Shown here: positions 24,870-37,581 of the stretch, piece by piece | Position numbering within the stretch: the stretch's first letter is position 1 | How the letters are laid out: each line of letters opens with the position of its first letter | Position numbers and translations under genes: made by a program | Source: Takakia lepidozioides | Lineage: Eukaryota > Plantae > Bryophyta | Direction of reading: 5' to 3' | Assembly (NCBI GenBank): GCA_030704615.1 | Contig: CM060732.1 | Coordinates: forward strand, 73,842,001 to 73,906,000 | Length of the DNA: 64,000 nucleotides | The notes under the pieces: generated by a model | Told to the model about the DNA's origin: nothing | The model's input: only the letters and a program-made list of their open reading frames with translations | The model's database searches: none

Positions 24870-26080
24870 TAAGCGACCGCTAATATTATGGTCGCTATTT
24901 AAAAATAAATAAAAAACAAGCGACCGCCACTACCGCAATCGCTTTTATTTCCTTTCATTTGTGCAATATTGCGGTCACTTCTATTTTGTATATTTTTAAA
25001 TTTAAGCGACCGCCCGTATGGCGGTCGCTATTGTTTTTTATTTCAAAATATAATGCGACTGCCGGTATGGCGGTCGCTTCATTTGTTAATATATTTAAAA
25101 TAAAGCGACCGCCAATATGGTGGTCGCTTTTATTTTTAATATTTTTAAAAAATACGACCGCCAGTATGGCGGTCGTTTGTTTTATAAATAAATAAAATTA
25201 AGCGACCGCCCAATGGCAGTCGCTGTTTTTTTTAATATATTTTTGAAATTATCCGACTGCCATATGGCGGTCGCTTGTTCTGTACATATTTACAAAATTG
25301 TGCGACCGCCAATACGGCAGTCGCTTGTTTTCTTTTTTAAATTAGGCGACCGCCAATGCGACTGCCAATGCGACCGCCAATCTTGTTTTTTTTTTTAAAT
25401 AAATTGAAGCGATCACCAAGATAGCGATCGCTATTTCTTTTTTTAATTTGAAAAATAAAGCGACCGCCAGTACGACCGCCAATCTTGCTTTATTTTTTAT
25501 TTTTTTTGAAGCGACCGCCAATATGGCGGTCGCTATTTCTTTTTCTATTTCGAAAATAAAGCGACCGCTAGTGTGACCGCCAATCTTGCTTTTAAAAAAA
25601 TAAAATTGAAGCGACCGCCAATACGGCGGTCGCTATTTCTTTTTTAATTTCGAAAAACAAAGCAACCGTCATAATTGGCGGTCGCATTCATTTTGTTAAT
25701 TTTCAAAAATGTATTTGCCACCGTGCGACCGCCAATACGGCAGTCGCTTGTTTTCTTTTTTAAATTAGGCGACTGCCAACACGCCCGCCAATCTTGTTTT
25801 TTTTTTAAAATAAATTGAAGCGACCGCCAACATAGCGGTCGCTATTTGTTTTTTTAATTCGAAAGAAAAGGCGACCGCCAATCTTGCTTTGAAAAAAAAA
25901 ACATTTGAAGCGACCGCCAATATGGCGATCGTTATTTTTTGTTCTATTTCGAAAAAAAAAGCAACCGCCAGTGCGACCGCCAATCTTGCTTTACAAAAAA
26001 TAAAAATTGAAGCGACCGCCAGTACGGCGGTCGCTATTTCTTTTTTAATTTCGAAAAACAAAGCGAATTGGCGGTCGTGT
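24870..26080. repeat. Array of GCGACCGCC/GGCGGTCGC palindromic units in AT-rich spacers
   Basis: Dozens of copies, many as hairpin units AAGCGACCGCC-N5-GGCGGTCGCT, with higher-order duplication. Confidence 0.9.
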
Positions 26081-26679
26081 TCATTTTGTTAATTTTCAAA
26101 ATGTATTTGCCACCACCACCGTGTTGGCGACGTGGCTGCTTAAGTGGCAGTATTTTACCTGGTACTGTTTTTATCAGAATATTCCCTGAACCTAACGTGA
26201 CGGAGGTCCCGTCAGCGTCAGGTCTGACGTGACCTGACACTGACGGACGGACGGACGGACGTGACGCTGATAACCGGGAAATTTCTCGGTCCACATGGTC
26301 GTATTGTTGGGCTCAATAAGATTGGTCTAAAAAATGTCATGAATATAAAGCACGTGGCAATTTGTGAAAGTTGTTGCTTCAATGGACAAGCTTTCTCGCG
26401 GTTTACTGCTTCTGAATCTTGTGCATCTTCTCCCATTACTCGTCAGTAGCTTTCTGCAAGTCTGGCTTCAAGTACAGAGTTACATTTCCTTTACTGCCTT
26501 TTCGGACTATCTTAAGATTCTTCTCAATTTTCTTCGTCACTAATCAGTCCTGAACCTCGCTTTGCCACCCGTTATTCCATGTCATCTCAGGTCAATTTAT
26601 CTTGGGTCTGTTTATCTTATTAAGACCTTCTAAAGACAATACTTATGGGGCCTTCAGTCCTTACATTGTCCTCATCTTA

Positions 26680-27520
26680 AACCATATACCCTAAACCTAA
26701 TTCGAATGTTTGATGCGCATTCTTCAAGGGTTACAAGGTTGGGCATAATAGAATGGCCCTTGGGATATTTCATTCAAGTCTAATTTCTTAGGTGACAAAT
26801 CACTTGTACACTTTCCCAGATTTATGTCATTTTTTGACTCACATTCCATAATTGTTTGTCCATTTATAGTCTCTAAACCCTAAACCCTTAGCCCTTAAAC
26901 GTAATTCCATTGTTTGATGCGCATTCTTCATAGATTAGATACAATCTATGGTTGGGAAATTTTATTCCCCAAACCCTAAATCATAGGTGACAAGTCATCT
27001 GTACCTTTCCCAATATTTTCTTTTCCATTCATACCGAGTACTATGGTACCCTCGCAAACTCTATACCCTAAAACCTAATTTCAGTGTTTGATGCTTATTT
27101 ATTTATTACTTCCAATTTTGGGTACGGTCGAAGTGGTGGGGATAATATTTCATGAATTGTTCTACGTATGGGTAAAGACTCAAACTCCATAATTGTTTGT
27201 CCATTTACATTTCTGTGTATAAATGTGAAACCTGGTTTATCGGCATTTTTGAGACAATATCCAACCATGTCTGTAAAAGTATGAAGTCCTCTATCACAAA
27301 GAGTTTTACAAATCCTAAACCCTAAACCCTAAACCAAACTCCACTGTTTGATTCACATTCCTCATAGAAATTTGGATACAATCTGTGGTTGGGATGTTTC
27401 ATTAACAAATTTTCATAGGTGCCAAGTCATCTGTACACTTTCCCATATTTTCTTTTCCATTCATACCAAGTACTATATTTCAATGTACCCTAGCAAACTC
27501 TATAACCTGAAACCTAATTC
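26680..27520 (+). repeat. Degenerate repeats with plant-telomere-like CCCTAAA motifs
   Basis: AAACCCTAAACCCT runs at about 26876 and 27318, embedded in repeated TGTTTGATGCGCATTC / GGTGACAAGTCATCTGTAC units. Confidence 0.6.
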
Positions 27521-28595
27521 CAGCTTGGTTCAATGACTTTATAGCTGAATCTACATGACACTCTTCCACAATATTTGGTTGTCATATGAACATCGGAATG
27601 ATCCCTAAATATTTTGAAATATAATTCACATGTTTCATTGAAATCCAACCTTATTCCATTCAATGTTTTAATCCATTAATTGAAAACTTGCAATACATTG
27701 GTTCGTGGTACTACTATAATGTAAGCATGGTATGGATGTTTACTTTTCATTTGTATATTATCTTCTTGAATCATCTGTTTATGTCATACATCTATCAATT
27801 TATTAATAACTTCATTCAATCGATCTTATCTTTATAATTTTCTGATGTAAAGTACGTCATTCGACTTACCATTCGATGTTACATGAATGGGATTGTGCAA
27901 CTTCACAAGTTAAATGACTCAATATTCCACGATTTTTTTTATTAATACCTGAATTAATTTTAATTATGTTATATATTAAGTTTGGTCCGGATTTAAGCCA
28001 AAAGTCCGGAATTACTTAAAATAGGGTTTAATGCTCATCTACCAGCTTGGAACCTACCTCCATTATTTTCGTGCCCCTTGCCCACTCAGTGGGGTCTTTG
28101 ACTCTGCAAGACAGGTAGTGCTCACTCACCCAAATCCATGAGTTATGAGCCCCAGAGGTATCCAAGCCCCTACTGAAAATAACGGGCATGACATGAACAA
28201 CAACAAGATCTGGAAGAGAGGCAATATTTTCAACCATTATGCCAATATGTTGCATATGAGATAGAGTCAGGTTTAGTTTTGGAAAGAAATCCTTGAGAAT
28301 GTTTTGCGTGAGGGTCAATGCGAGCTCTCTTTCTTTCCCAATGCCGAACTGAAGAGCCTGAGCTTCCGAAACCCATGCAGACTGGAATCATTGCTTCACA
28401 CTTGGCAGGAAGAAACTGGTGTAATCATCTACAAAATTGTAGAGCAGGGGGGTGACGCATATTGCCGCCTTTTCTCTCTCAAATGAGGAGCCTGGTTCCC
28501 ACCCTGGAAGGGGGCTGATCTTGAAAGAATGCAGCTCCAGATGCGCACTGGGAAGAAGCCCGATCCTGTTGGTTTAATGGGGGACACCACTTCAA

Positions 28596-29636
28596 TCAAT
28601 ACGGAGCCTCTTTTTCTTTTCTTGGAATGTAGCATGGCAACCATTGTTTGATCATCTGAATTTCTTTGAGCTTCTTGCTTCTGCTGCGTTTGATTGGCCT
28701 TGGAGGTATCGAGTGGCTGGGAGGCTCCTTTCTTGTGATCTTGATGATTGGGCAGTCTGCCTTGATATGCCCTTCGGCATTGCAGTGGTAACAAATCACC
28801 GAGAGAACCTCCTCTTTCACTGCTACCACAATGTAGGAGTCATCCAGGGTGGGGAGTTTGATAGAGGTGCCAATGGCTGCGTTTTCAAGCATGAGCACAA
28901 TGATCTTGGGGATACCAATGTCCTCAGTAACCTGAGAATGTGTGACCTCGGTATCTACATTGAGAATTTTGTCCTGAGCTGGCTCTAGAACATTGATTGC
29001 CCCTATAAATGAGCCAAAGCTGGTACCTATCTCTGGGAGCGAAGTCCGATACGTGGGAGGTAGGAAGGGGATGGCAATGACTCTCGGCTTCCACAAGACG
29101 CCTTTCTTGTGACCCCAATCCTGGGTCCAAGGAAAAATGTGGACTTTGGAGGCGGATGTCTGTGTGTTGAAGTGCAGAGCCTTTTCTGCATCTGCTGGCG
29201 AGCTGAAGATGATAGCGTAGAAGCTTTTCCCCATTGAAAGGCTAAAGTGTTGTGCCAATCCACCAGCAGTTCCTAGGTGCTCGATAATCCAAGTACGAAT
29301 TGATTTCCTCGTCCTCGGCTTTCCAGGGAAGTACAAGAGGATGTCTGTCTTTGTTAACTTTTGCACTTGAACCTGCAGCTTAGCTTTGTTCAAATTTATG
29401 ACAGGTTGCTCCTTGTCTTCTTGCACCGTTGTGTCCTCCCACGCGTTCTCAGTCATCAATGGTGAGGGCGGGGGGGCAAAGGCTGAGGGGCCCTTTCCTA
29501 GAATGGAGGCAGCTTCGACTTGCAGCATGGACGATTTCCTGGTCCAAATCTGATTTTTGGCTTTCCCTACTGGAGACAAACCGCCGGACACTCCTCCACG
29601 TCTCGCCTTTCTGGAACCACGACCTTTGGAATCCAT
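28596..29636 (-). CDS. LINE ORF1-like protein (DUF4283-like region + CCHC zinc knuckle)
   Basis: 346-aa ORF with GKSFYAIIFSS..DAEKAL..VHIFPW and CYHCNAEGHIKADC; pyrimidine-rich leader upstream. Confidence 0.7.
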   Translation of the reverse strand: MDSKGRGSRKARRGGVSGGLSPVGKAKNQIWTRKSSMLQVEAASILGKGPSAFAPPPSPLMTENAWEDTTVQEDKEQPVINLNKAKLQVQVQKLTKTDILLYFPGKPRTRKSIRTWIIEHLGTAGGLAQHFSLSMGKSFYAIIFSSPADAEKALHFNTQTSASKVHIFPWTQDWGHKKGVLWKPRVIAIPFLPPTYRTSLPEIGTSFGSFIGAINVLEPAQDKILNVDTEVTHSQVTEDIGIPKIIVLMLENAAIGTSIKLPTLDDSYIVVAVKEEVLSVICYHCNAEGHIKADCPIIKITRKEPPSHSIPPRPIKRSRSKKLKEIQMIKQWLPCYIPRKEKEAPY

Positions 29637-29849
29637 GGGACAGCCGCAACAAAATTGCGATTAGCAGGCGTTTCGGGTAGATGACAGACGCGAGAAGCAA
29701 GAGTGGGAATAAGAGTAGAGCGGGGGGACGAGAGGAATGAGGTAGCGAGTGGAGGGAGGGATAGACGTGGATTATGCAAGGGAACGATGTGGAGCGAAGA
29801 CCGCAAATGCGACAAGCTGTTAGAGGTGATAGATAACTGATTCAACTGA

Positions 29850-30635
29850 ATGCATGTAGAATTGCATCAACATCAACATTTAAAGAAAAAACATGAGCTC
29901 TCCTCAATCTTTGGTCTATGCAGCAGATATGACGGGGTTAATAGAAGAAGAGAAGTCTTCCCTTCCTGTAGAGAATGCATGGCGGCTGGTAGCGTCTCCA
30001 TACTGCACTCTTTCAGGCTCATTAAGAGCCGCTGCACCGAGCAGACCACTGCAGGCCTCGAGGAGCCACCTATTAACGACAAGAGCTTAAGTGCCTGAGA
30101 CAATGGCAGAGTGTGGGTGTGTGAGCGGGGCGGCTCATTAAACCAACATGGGAAGCCGGGGGGGTGGGAAGAACTGTGTTGGATCTTATGAATGAAGAAA
30201 GACTGGAGAAGAGAGGCACATGAAGATGAACACAGGGAAGATGAAATCTCAGCATATGCTTTAGGTTTTCCTTTTTTGTCATTGCTTTGGAAGAGAGCGC
30301 AGGGGGGGAGATGGTTGGGGTAACGTAGCAAAACTTGCTCATGTTATCGCCTGATGGGGGAACTTGACTTGCAAGAGAGATTGGGGGGGGGACAGGATGG
30401 CCTTCTGCATTGTGAGAGAGATAGGGGAATTGGATGGTCTTCTGCATCGACAGACCCATTCCAGCTGAGGGAGAGGTTGGGGAAAGCGGCTAAGTCCCAG
30501 GATACACTCACCGCAACTGCGGAGCGCCATCCCATGACTATCGCCCCAGATCCTTTCTCTTTCTCCCCCTCCTCAAGTGCCTGAATTGTGAGCAGTCGCT
30601 CCCAGGTTTCCTTTATTAAAAAAAAAAAAAAAAAA
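29850..30635 (+). mobile_element. LINE 3' end remnant with poly(A) tail
   Basis: Degenerate C..C...H and W-rich ORF2 C-terminal-like translation; A-run 30618-30635; terminal ~55 bp repeated in inverted orientation at about 37905-37958. Confidence 0.55.
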
Positions 30636-30689
30636 GCCCTAGTATCTATACTTAAAGTCATCATATTTGAGTGCACCATGTTTTAATCC

Positions 30690-30760
30690 ACCCGTCAGTA
30701 GCTAAGTTGGATAGTGCTCTGAGTGCCACCACGTGAACTTGGGCTCAAATCCTGCTACCT
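30690..30760 (+). mobile_element. tRNA-derived SINE head (degenerate)
   Basis: A-box-like TAGCTAAGTTGG and B-box-like GGGCTCAAATCC; no canonical cloverleaf. Confidence 0.45.
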
Positions 30761-30938
30761 CATCTTCTCCCCATCCACTTGGGCGGTGACCCATGAGCCT
30801 TGAGCAATTTCACCACGGCTGCAGGAGTTATTGTGTACTGTGGATATGGACAGAACGCAAACCGACGGAAGGGCTACAGAAACCCATAACTTGTCGCAAA
30901 ATATAAATCACTGAAATGGCCAAGTATAAAGTTTACAC

Positions 30939-30948
30939 GCCACGTGGC
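30939..30948. promoter_or_regulatory. Perfect palindromic G-box upstream of ELIP copy 2
   Basis: GCCACGTGGC about 310 bp upstream of the ATG. Confidence 0.45.
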
Positions 30949-31257
30949 CGCTCACCTACTCAACAGTCAGCATGTTGCAGTTGAATCCATCGAGACAGGA
31001 CCATCCTTCTTCTCACTCTCGTGACAGTGCACAGACTCTACGTGTTGGATTCCTTACTCCACGACACGCAAGAAGTGATCTGGAAAGTAAGTTGGTTTCA
31101 CCTGACCTATACTTCTGCTCCGCCTCACTGTTCACCTCCAACTCTCAAGTCATACTGAACATCCACCACAGCATTCTTCGACAAGTCACTCTCCTCGATT
31201 AGCAGCCTTGATCCAGCATTTGCAACTCTGTAAGTACTTGTTTTCTGACTTGAGCAG

Positions 31258-32831
31258 ATGGCAGCCACAATGTCGCACACTGCTACTGCCCAGCTGGGAG
31301 GCCTGCAGGCTTTGCCTATCCAGTTCACTCGGTTTACAAAAATAGGAAGCGCACGGTTAGCTCCAGGTTACTGACCTCCCTTGCCGGAAGAGTGCGGTGC
31401 GAGGCTGGTGAGGGACCGTTGGCAGGTGTGAAGGACGCAGTCGACAAGGTCACCAAGAAAAACATTACCAGGGATGAGATACTTACCAACCAAGAAACTA
31501 ATGAGTCGGAGAAGCGGTCGGCGAAGCCGAACTCTGGGTCGCTCTATACACGCCCTGAAGTGGATAGGAGGCCCGAGAAAGGGATTTTCTAGCGTGTTTG
31601 CATTTGATGGAGCCGCACCCGAGACAGTCAATGGACGTTTGGTAAGCTGTCTCTCTGATAAGTCCTCGTCTCTTGTCCTTCACAAGTTTTTCAGCGGTGT
31701 CTAGATTAACTGTGTAAAGTTCCATGTAGCGACTGTAATCGCCTCTACGACCGACTTCTCAATATGAAGGTTAATATATATCGAATCTGGCGTCGATCTT
31801 CAAACTTCCACTTCATCTTCTCTAGACACCCACATTTTCCTCGTGCACACGGGATGGTGGAGCGGGAAGTCGGTTTTGCAGAGCATGACAAAAGAACCTG
31901 CAGGCTTGGTCAACTTTAAGTATATAGGATCGTGAACCCTAAAACTATATAGTGTCGTCTACCATGATTACTATTCAATGAATCACTTGGGATATGCGGA
32001 TTCTCATATCCACTCCTGTGATCAAATCCAGCAGCAAAGCTAGATTCGTGCATGGCGGAATAAATTACCCCCACGTCCGACATCAGTGCTTGACACAGTT
32101 GATAGTGGAACGGGAAGTGGGTTTTGTGCATGACAGGCTTGACTTCAATCTCTAGTATGGTGATTCATAAAATTACATATTGCTTGCGCAACGCTTACCC
32201 GAAGTTAATTGTAACCAACTCAATGAATCACTTCAAGGAAGATGTTGATTCTCATATCGAATCCTGTGATCAAATCCAGTAGAAGTGCTAGGTTCGTATA
32301 GATAGCTGAATAGTTAACCACGTCTGACATCAACGCTTGACACAGTTAATGCTTACTTCTGCGATCCAGTTTGTTTTACTAAATTAAGTTCTAGGTGCTG
32401 AAAGCTCTTCCGGTGGCACATTGCAGGCTATGGTGGGATTCGTGTGGGCGGCTGTTGCGGAGAAGATGACCGGATTGACAGCGCTGGAGCAGTTGTTCAA
32501 CCCCAGAACTACGGGACTCGTATATTTCTTGATCGCTGTGCAAGTGCTCACATATGCGTCTCTGGTGCCAATTATGAATGGGGAATCCACCGACGCCCAA
32601 AGCTTCGGTCCTTTCAACGCCATGGCTGAGCGCTGGAATGGTCGTCTTGCCATGATCGGCTTCTTCTCTCTCATCGTCACTGAGCTGTTCCTCCATGCCC
32701 CCGTCTTCGGACAAATGCAACTTGCAAGCCATCAGATTTACACTGTACAACTTAATCGGCGTAGATACGAGGAATCTCTATTGTCCAGATTGTGTACATT
32801 CTGTAGAGAAATGCTGGAACTCGACATTTGA
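31258..32831 (+). pseudogene. ELIP: ELIP pseudogene (paralog of 6850-7810); exons 31258-31641 and 32427-end
   Basis: Near-identical protein motifs and intron position; frameshift giving TGA near 31372, second frameshift near 31580, VFG deletion, and lost terminal stop. Confidence 0.88.
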
Positions 32832-35416
32832 CGCTTGTAATTTGTAAAGTCCGATATTATTTTACTTCCGAGGACTGCAGTGAAACATATCAATTGAGCT
32901 TCGACAGCTTGTGGTGTTTGGGTTGTCAGCTGCACTCGTTGAGATGCTCACTTCCGTGATGTTTATAAATTGCACCTCCAGATCATATCATGGTCTGTAA
33001 AGGGCTAGATTTTCCTAGTCTAATGTCAGCGGCATCAACGACTCTCAAAGAGACAACGTCGACGTTAGGATGGTAAACTAGAAGTAAAGAGAAGTGCGAG
33101 CTCTAATCCACGAATTGGAAATGTACTGATGAATAGAGTGATCTGTATGAGTTTGTGAGAATCTGTGTGTGTATGATTCTGAATACAATCTACCTCGGTG
33201 TATGAGCGTATACCTGCAAGCTCTCACAGACTTGGCCATATTCTTCTCCGATCTCGTTCAGCGCAAGCCCAGACCACAGATCTTTTTTGATCGGACAACT
33301 TACGTCCCCTTGACATACTGAGGATTCCTCTGTCGTGCGATGAAAGAAGTGCCACGTTACTGGACGCTACTTTGGTTCCCTGAGTCGAGATCATGGTGTC
33401 ACTCCAGTTGAATAACTAGTTCCATGAATTGGGATCGCACAATCTCTTTGCAATTTTGTCCCTCTCTCGCTCTGCTTCCGCACCTCCATAGCTCCTGTCT
33501 GGATTGCACCAATGATTGTAACATAACGTGATCAGTCGAGCGCTATATATCTCTTTCTGGCCTCAATGAATATATCAACAAATTGGCAGGTGGGAGGGCG
33601 TGCTGTTGTTTATAAAGGAGTGACATACCTGACAGTTGACTTAGAGCTGGACACCAAGTCCCACTGTTGCAGCGCAGTCGCTTCACACAGATGCTCAAAC
33701 AATTCATTGCTAGCAAGCCCCTGCCGTCTTCGCCATATTCTTAGACTTTTAGCTCGTGACTCTGCATGAACTTCTGGAGCTAAAGACCTCAGTTTAGAAG
33801 ATATGTTCGTGAACAATTTTCAAACTTCAAATGTAATGTTATCGAACAAACTCTTCAGCACAAGTTAAGCTTACAATGTTTGTTCAAAAGCATTTCTGTC
33901 TGACTCCCACACTGCGTGATTAAGTCCCTAGTGTTTTATATCCCACTAATTTGTGACTTTGTAAGTGTAATGGTTGATCCCAATGATACACTTGCATGAT
34001 CTGCATTTTCAGAAATTTTATGTGAGCAGTGCAACACAAAAGAAAACCACACCAGCGAGCAAGTGGGCTTGTTACATACTACTGATGCCTCTGAAGAAAA
34101 CTTTAAACAAGTTTGATTGCGACAATTTACCATAAGGTGTTCAAAGCCTGTTTGAAGAGATGAAGTGACAGGTTCTTCATATGTACTGTAAAGCCCACAA
34201 ACTTGTATTGTATTAACCTCTAATGATACACAATATATGTCTTAGGGCAAGGTGGTCTAAATAAGCAACCCCAATCCTTCGAGAGAAGCAAAATCAGCCG
34301 GGAAACAGGGGGTCTAAGAAATGAGCCTGATCTGATGTTGGTCCTTCATCCAGCGATGGTGGACCCAAAGACATGAGCCTGGTCTAACGTTGGTCCTTCA
34401 TCCAATGATGGTGGACCAAAGATTTCTTTGGGAGTATGAGCCCAAGGGATTCCACAAGCATTCGTAGCACTGGTAGCTTGATGGCACACTATGGATTAGA
34501 GGGGTGATCAGTGGGATGGTGGAAACTTTTTTTTCCCACAAACCATCATTATTGCTTAGGAAATACGGCAGGCTCCTCTAACCCCTGGAAATGACACTTT
34601 GACAGCTTACAATTGGAAAGAAAACAAAACAAGACAAACAAAGAGTCCAAATTTGCTGCCTACAACCGCGCATCCTAGTTTTTTGAAGCAAACACCAAAG
34701 TATCTTGTGTCTATGTAACTCCAGTAAAGATTGGTTTAGTGAAAAATACCAAACTAAATTCGGTAAACTTGGGCCAGAGATAGAACCTGTTATAGGACCT
34801 CTTTGATGGTACAGTTTGTGGATTTCAACAACTGGGGCAAGGCAATTAGGAGGCTCATGTTTACCCTAGTTGTTCTGCTCTGTCATAATGTAAAGGATTG
34901 GTCTGCAGCACGTGCTATTGATCCATACTCTTGGATTGAAGCACAAGCGGTGGTGTATGACCTGTTGCCAGGATCATCCCACTACCACGATATATTTGAC
35001 TTGTTAACGTACCTCGAGACACAATAATCTGCTCTTCATACGTGCAAGGTGTCAGTAAAGGCATTGCAAACACAACTACCACACCAACATCAGCCTGTCA
35101 GTATCGCACTAGCAATATGCTCTGTGCAGTGAGCCATACAGGACAAGTGTGCAACACCAACCGTCCATTTTTTTACTGGTATCCATAAGTTCCCAGCAAC
35201 CTACAAGGAACAGGCCTATAGCACAGTGATAAATTTACTAACCAGTCCCCCACCCCACAAACAAGTATGTATGTACCTACAATTGTAACCTGCAGTTGAG
35301 AGCAGACTAGTCCAACATGAGGTGGAGAACCTGTGTAAAGAATACCTATCAGGCAATCACAAGCAACTATAAGTGGGACCAAAGGTCGAATGTGTGCAAA
35401 GCTTCGCATAAAAGCA

Positions 35417-37581
35417 TCAAGGGATGACCCTATTGTATGGCAAGTCTGATCCCAATTCCTCGTGCTCCTTCCGTTCTTCTTTCACCTGCATTCAAAGCAG
35501 GAAACTCTCCATCAGTAGGAATTGGGGTACTACTGAGTCTCCCTAGGATTTGTGTGCAATATATTACACCTTCAAATTCACCTTCTGTGTGCAGTCAAAC
35601 TAGAATAGGATCATGTAGCCAGATGTCTCTGTTTTCTAAAGCTTGCTGGGCGGTCACAATCTCACAAGGAAAATGTCAACGTTCGACACATGCAGCCTTC
35701 CCGATCACATGAAAGAGGGCTACTTGCTTGTTTTATCAGATTGACTTCTTACTTTGAGATGCTGCACACTGTTCCAGGATTGTCTACAACATCAACTTTC
35801 TGGAATACTGCTTCTGGTGTTGGTCACAAATCAACACAAAAGTCATAATACTCGGCTCCCCCAAAGTGAAGGGAAAATGCAGCGTCTTCAATCTTATCGA
35901 GTCGGGTAACCCACATCAAAACCTAATTTGGATACATCAAAGTTACCAAGTTTCCAATTTTATTTTCATATTTTTTCAAGCAGCATCTTCAAAGCAGCCA
36001 GCCTGTAGAGCTACCTAGGTTTCCTTGCACTAAGCACCCTCAATTGTTTATTATTTAAGGAGATAAAATTGGCGGCACAAACACTCACCAGACTCAACAT
36101 ATCTTGCAGGTAGGGTTGGAATGGAGTCTGCTTTGCCTGCACACACCCCAAAAATTCCACCATGAAGGTTTACAATAGGACCCTCTGCAGACAGAGACCA
36201 AAGTCTTTGGAAGAGTCCATCCCGAGTACCAGAGAGTTCAACGATTCCTTGAATGGCAGTGAGTAGCTGCTATAGTCATGAATGTACCCATCAGTTCTGG
36301 CAGTCATTCAAACAGCAGAATGTGCTACATTGCAACATATACCCCAAATCTAAACATCTGTCTCCATCATAAAAGACCCCACAGCTACAGTTACACAAAA
36401 CAACAAAGAGTGAACTTACATCATCTCTACTACTCTCACCCGGTAAGACAAGGGTTGACCATTACACCACTGTAGTTAGGTGGCTGCCTAGAAATTACAT
36501 CTGGGAGCAGTTGGGATAGGTACAAAACGCACCCTACCTTTCCCTGACTATACAGGTTTCAACAGATGAGCTGTTGTCTATTGATTCTTTAACAAGTTAA
36601 AAGAGCCCACTCTTGTGCAAAGAAGAATTACCTGCCACTCCTTGGTCAAGTATTTATGCTTGCCTGACAAATCTATGGCACGTTTCAGGCGCTGGTTCCG
36701 GAGATCGACCTCATGCTGAGGCAGACGTGTCAATGCCTCTTTTATATCCAAATCGTACAAATCATCATACAGGTCATCATACCGGAGACCTTTGCCCCAA
36801 CACCAATGTTGCAATTAGAATTAGCCATGGCACAACATCCAAAGCACTGTTTCAGTGATGTACAGTCTGACAGACTTCATAGTAAAGGTCCAAAAGGCCA
36901 GACCAGAAATGTGACTATTACAATTTATAGACAGCAGATCTTTGAGATGAGATGAACAGCTAATCAGAAATGAAGCCATTTTCAGAAGACCTGTAAAGCC
37001 ACAGAATTTTTTTTCTGGACAACAGCTGTTAGATGTAATAGGTCTTGGCGCCACAACGCCATCACAAGAACATCTTGGAAAAGTGAACCAAGGTTGCCGT
37101 GTAAAGTTACCTCGGAGGAACTTTACGGATTGAAATGATAAGTGAATACTATATCTCCGTTCTGTGGGAGCAGATGAATCCTACGCCCCGTTCCTTAAGG
37201 ACGGAAAAATCAGAGACTCGCTGAGTTTATTGACATGTTAAGTAAGACATCACTTACATACATGACGATGTGTGTGATTCAACGGTTATCAGAATCTAGG
37301 TCGTGTAATGTCACGACCATTGCTGAGAGTCAGATTGCAAAACATAACTGAACACAACACCATTCTTCATGTGACAGATAATTTTATTTCTGAGACCAAA
37401 AATTATTCCGGCACAAGATCGGGAAGCAGGATAAATACTGTAATTTCACTCACAACACAGCCAAGGGCTAGGGTTTGGCCCACACACCATACTTCTTGAG
37501 CTCCTTCGCAACGGCGGCCTGGTAACGGCGAGATGCCCAGTTCCAGAGGGGATCCAACGCCTTCTGGAGCGCCTTAGCCAT
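35417..37581 (-). CDS. QCR7: Cytochrome b-c1 complex subunit 7 (14 kDa), 122 aa; exons 37581-37488, 36789-36632, 36136-36089, 35485-35417
   Basis: Spliced ORF MAKALQK...KYGLRYDDLYD...RNQRLKRAIDLS.KH..L...QAKQTPFQPYLQDMLSLVKEE...LPYNRVIP*; all introns GT-AG and in frame. Confidence 0.95.

Noticed and set aside
24870-26080. CRISPR-like appearance of regularly spaced palindromic repeats
   Set aside because: Eukaryotic context, degenerate repeats in both orientations, low-complexity duplicated spacers, no cas genes.
30690-30760. Functional tRNA gene
   Set aside because: The B box is mutated and no acceptor/anticodon cloverleaf can be formed.
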